Made by a program: the position numbers and the translations under genes. Shown piece after piece: positions 63,946 through 64,000 of a stretch of 64,000 nt of DNA; positions within the stretch are counted from its first letter, which is position 1; each line of letters starts with the position of its first letter. The stretch comes from Eledone cirrhosa (taxonomy: Eukaryota): NCBI GenBank assembly GCA_964016885.1, contig OZ024740.1:385702001-385766000 (forward strand), in the 5' to 3' direction. The notes under the pieces are model-generated. The model did no database searches. It saw only the letters and a list, made by a program, of their open reading frames with translations, and had not been told where the DNA came from.

Positions 63946-64000
63946 GATGACCACTGGTTCCAGGTTGACCACAAAGTATTTGTAATTAGATAGGTGATAG

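Overview
AT-rich, repeat-dense animal genomic DNA, most likely a coleoid cephalopod (octopus-like), inferred only from the SINE/LINE/microsatellite landscape; no prokaryotic features. The backbone is part of a + strand multi-exon gene for a Sidekick-like Ig-superfamily adhesion protein: six exons (8890-9153, 12511-12801, 16202-16307, 19617-19819, 49062-49203, 60195-60325) with GT-AG sites and matching phases that splice into four consecutive Ig domains; the gene continues beyond the window. The introns hold tRNA-derived SINEs, RTE and CR1/L2-type LINE fragments, piggyBac-, hAT- and Tc1-type MITEs, a non-autonomous Helitron and long (TA)n tracts. The 29 kb intron contains a near full-length but disrupted Penelope-like element (PLE; RT + GIY-YIG, pseudo-LTR repeat) embedded in TA tracts, flanked by two copies of a second PLE family. 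The most notable signal is a set of type I hammerhead ribozyme motifs read by eye: one with an intact core and an unusually long ~61 nt helix II (36033-36124, -), its core-mutated paralog (30698-30794, +), an intact minimal hammerhead on the sense strand of the host intron (57546-57610), and degenerate hammerhead-like motifs inside fold-back inverted repeats. All family calls are by motif recognition; no searches or folding programs were run.
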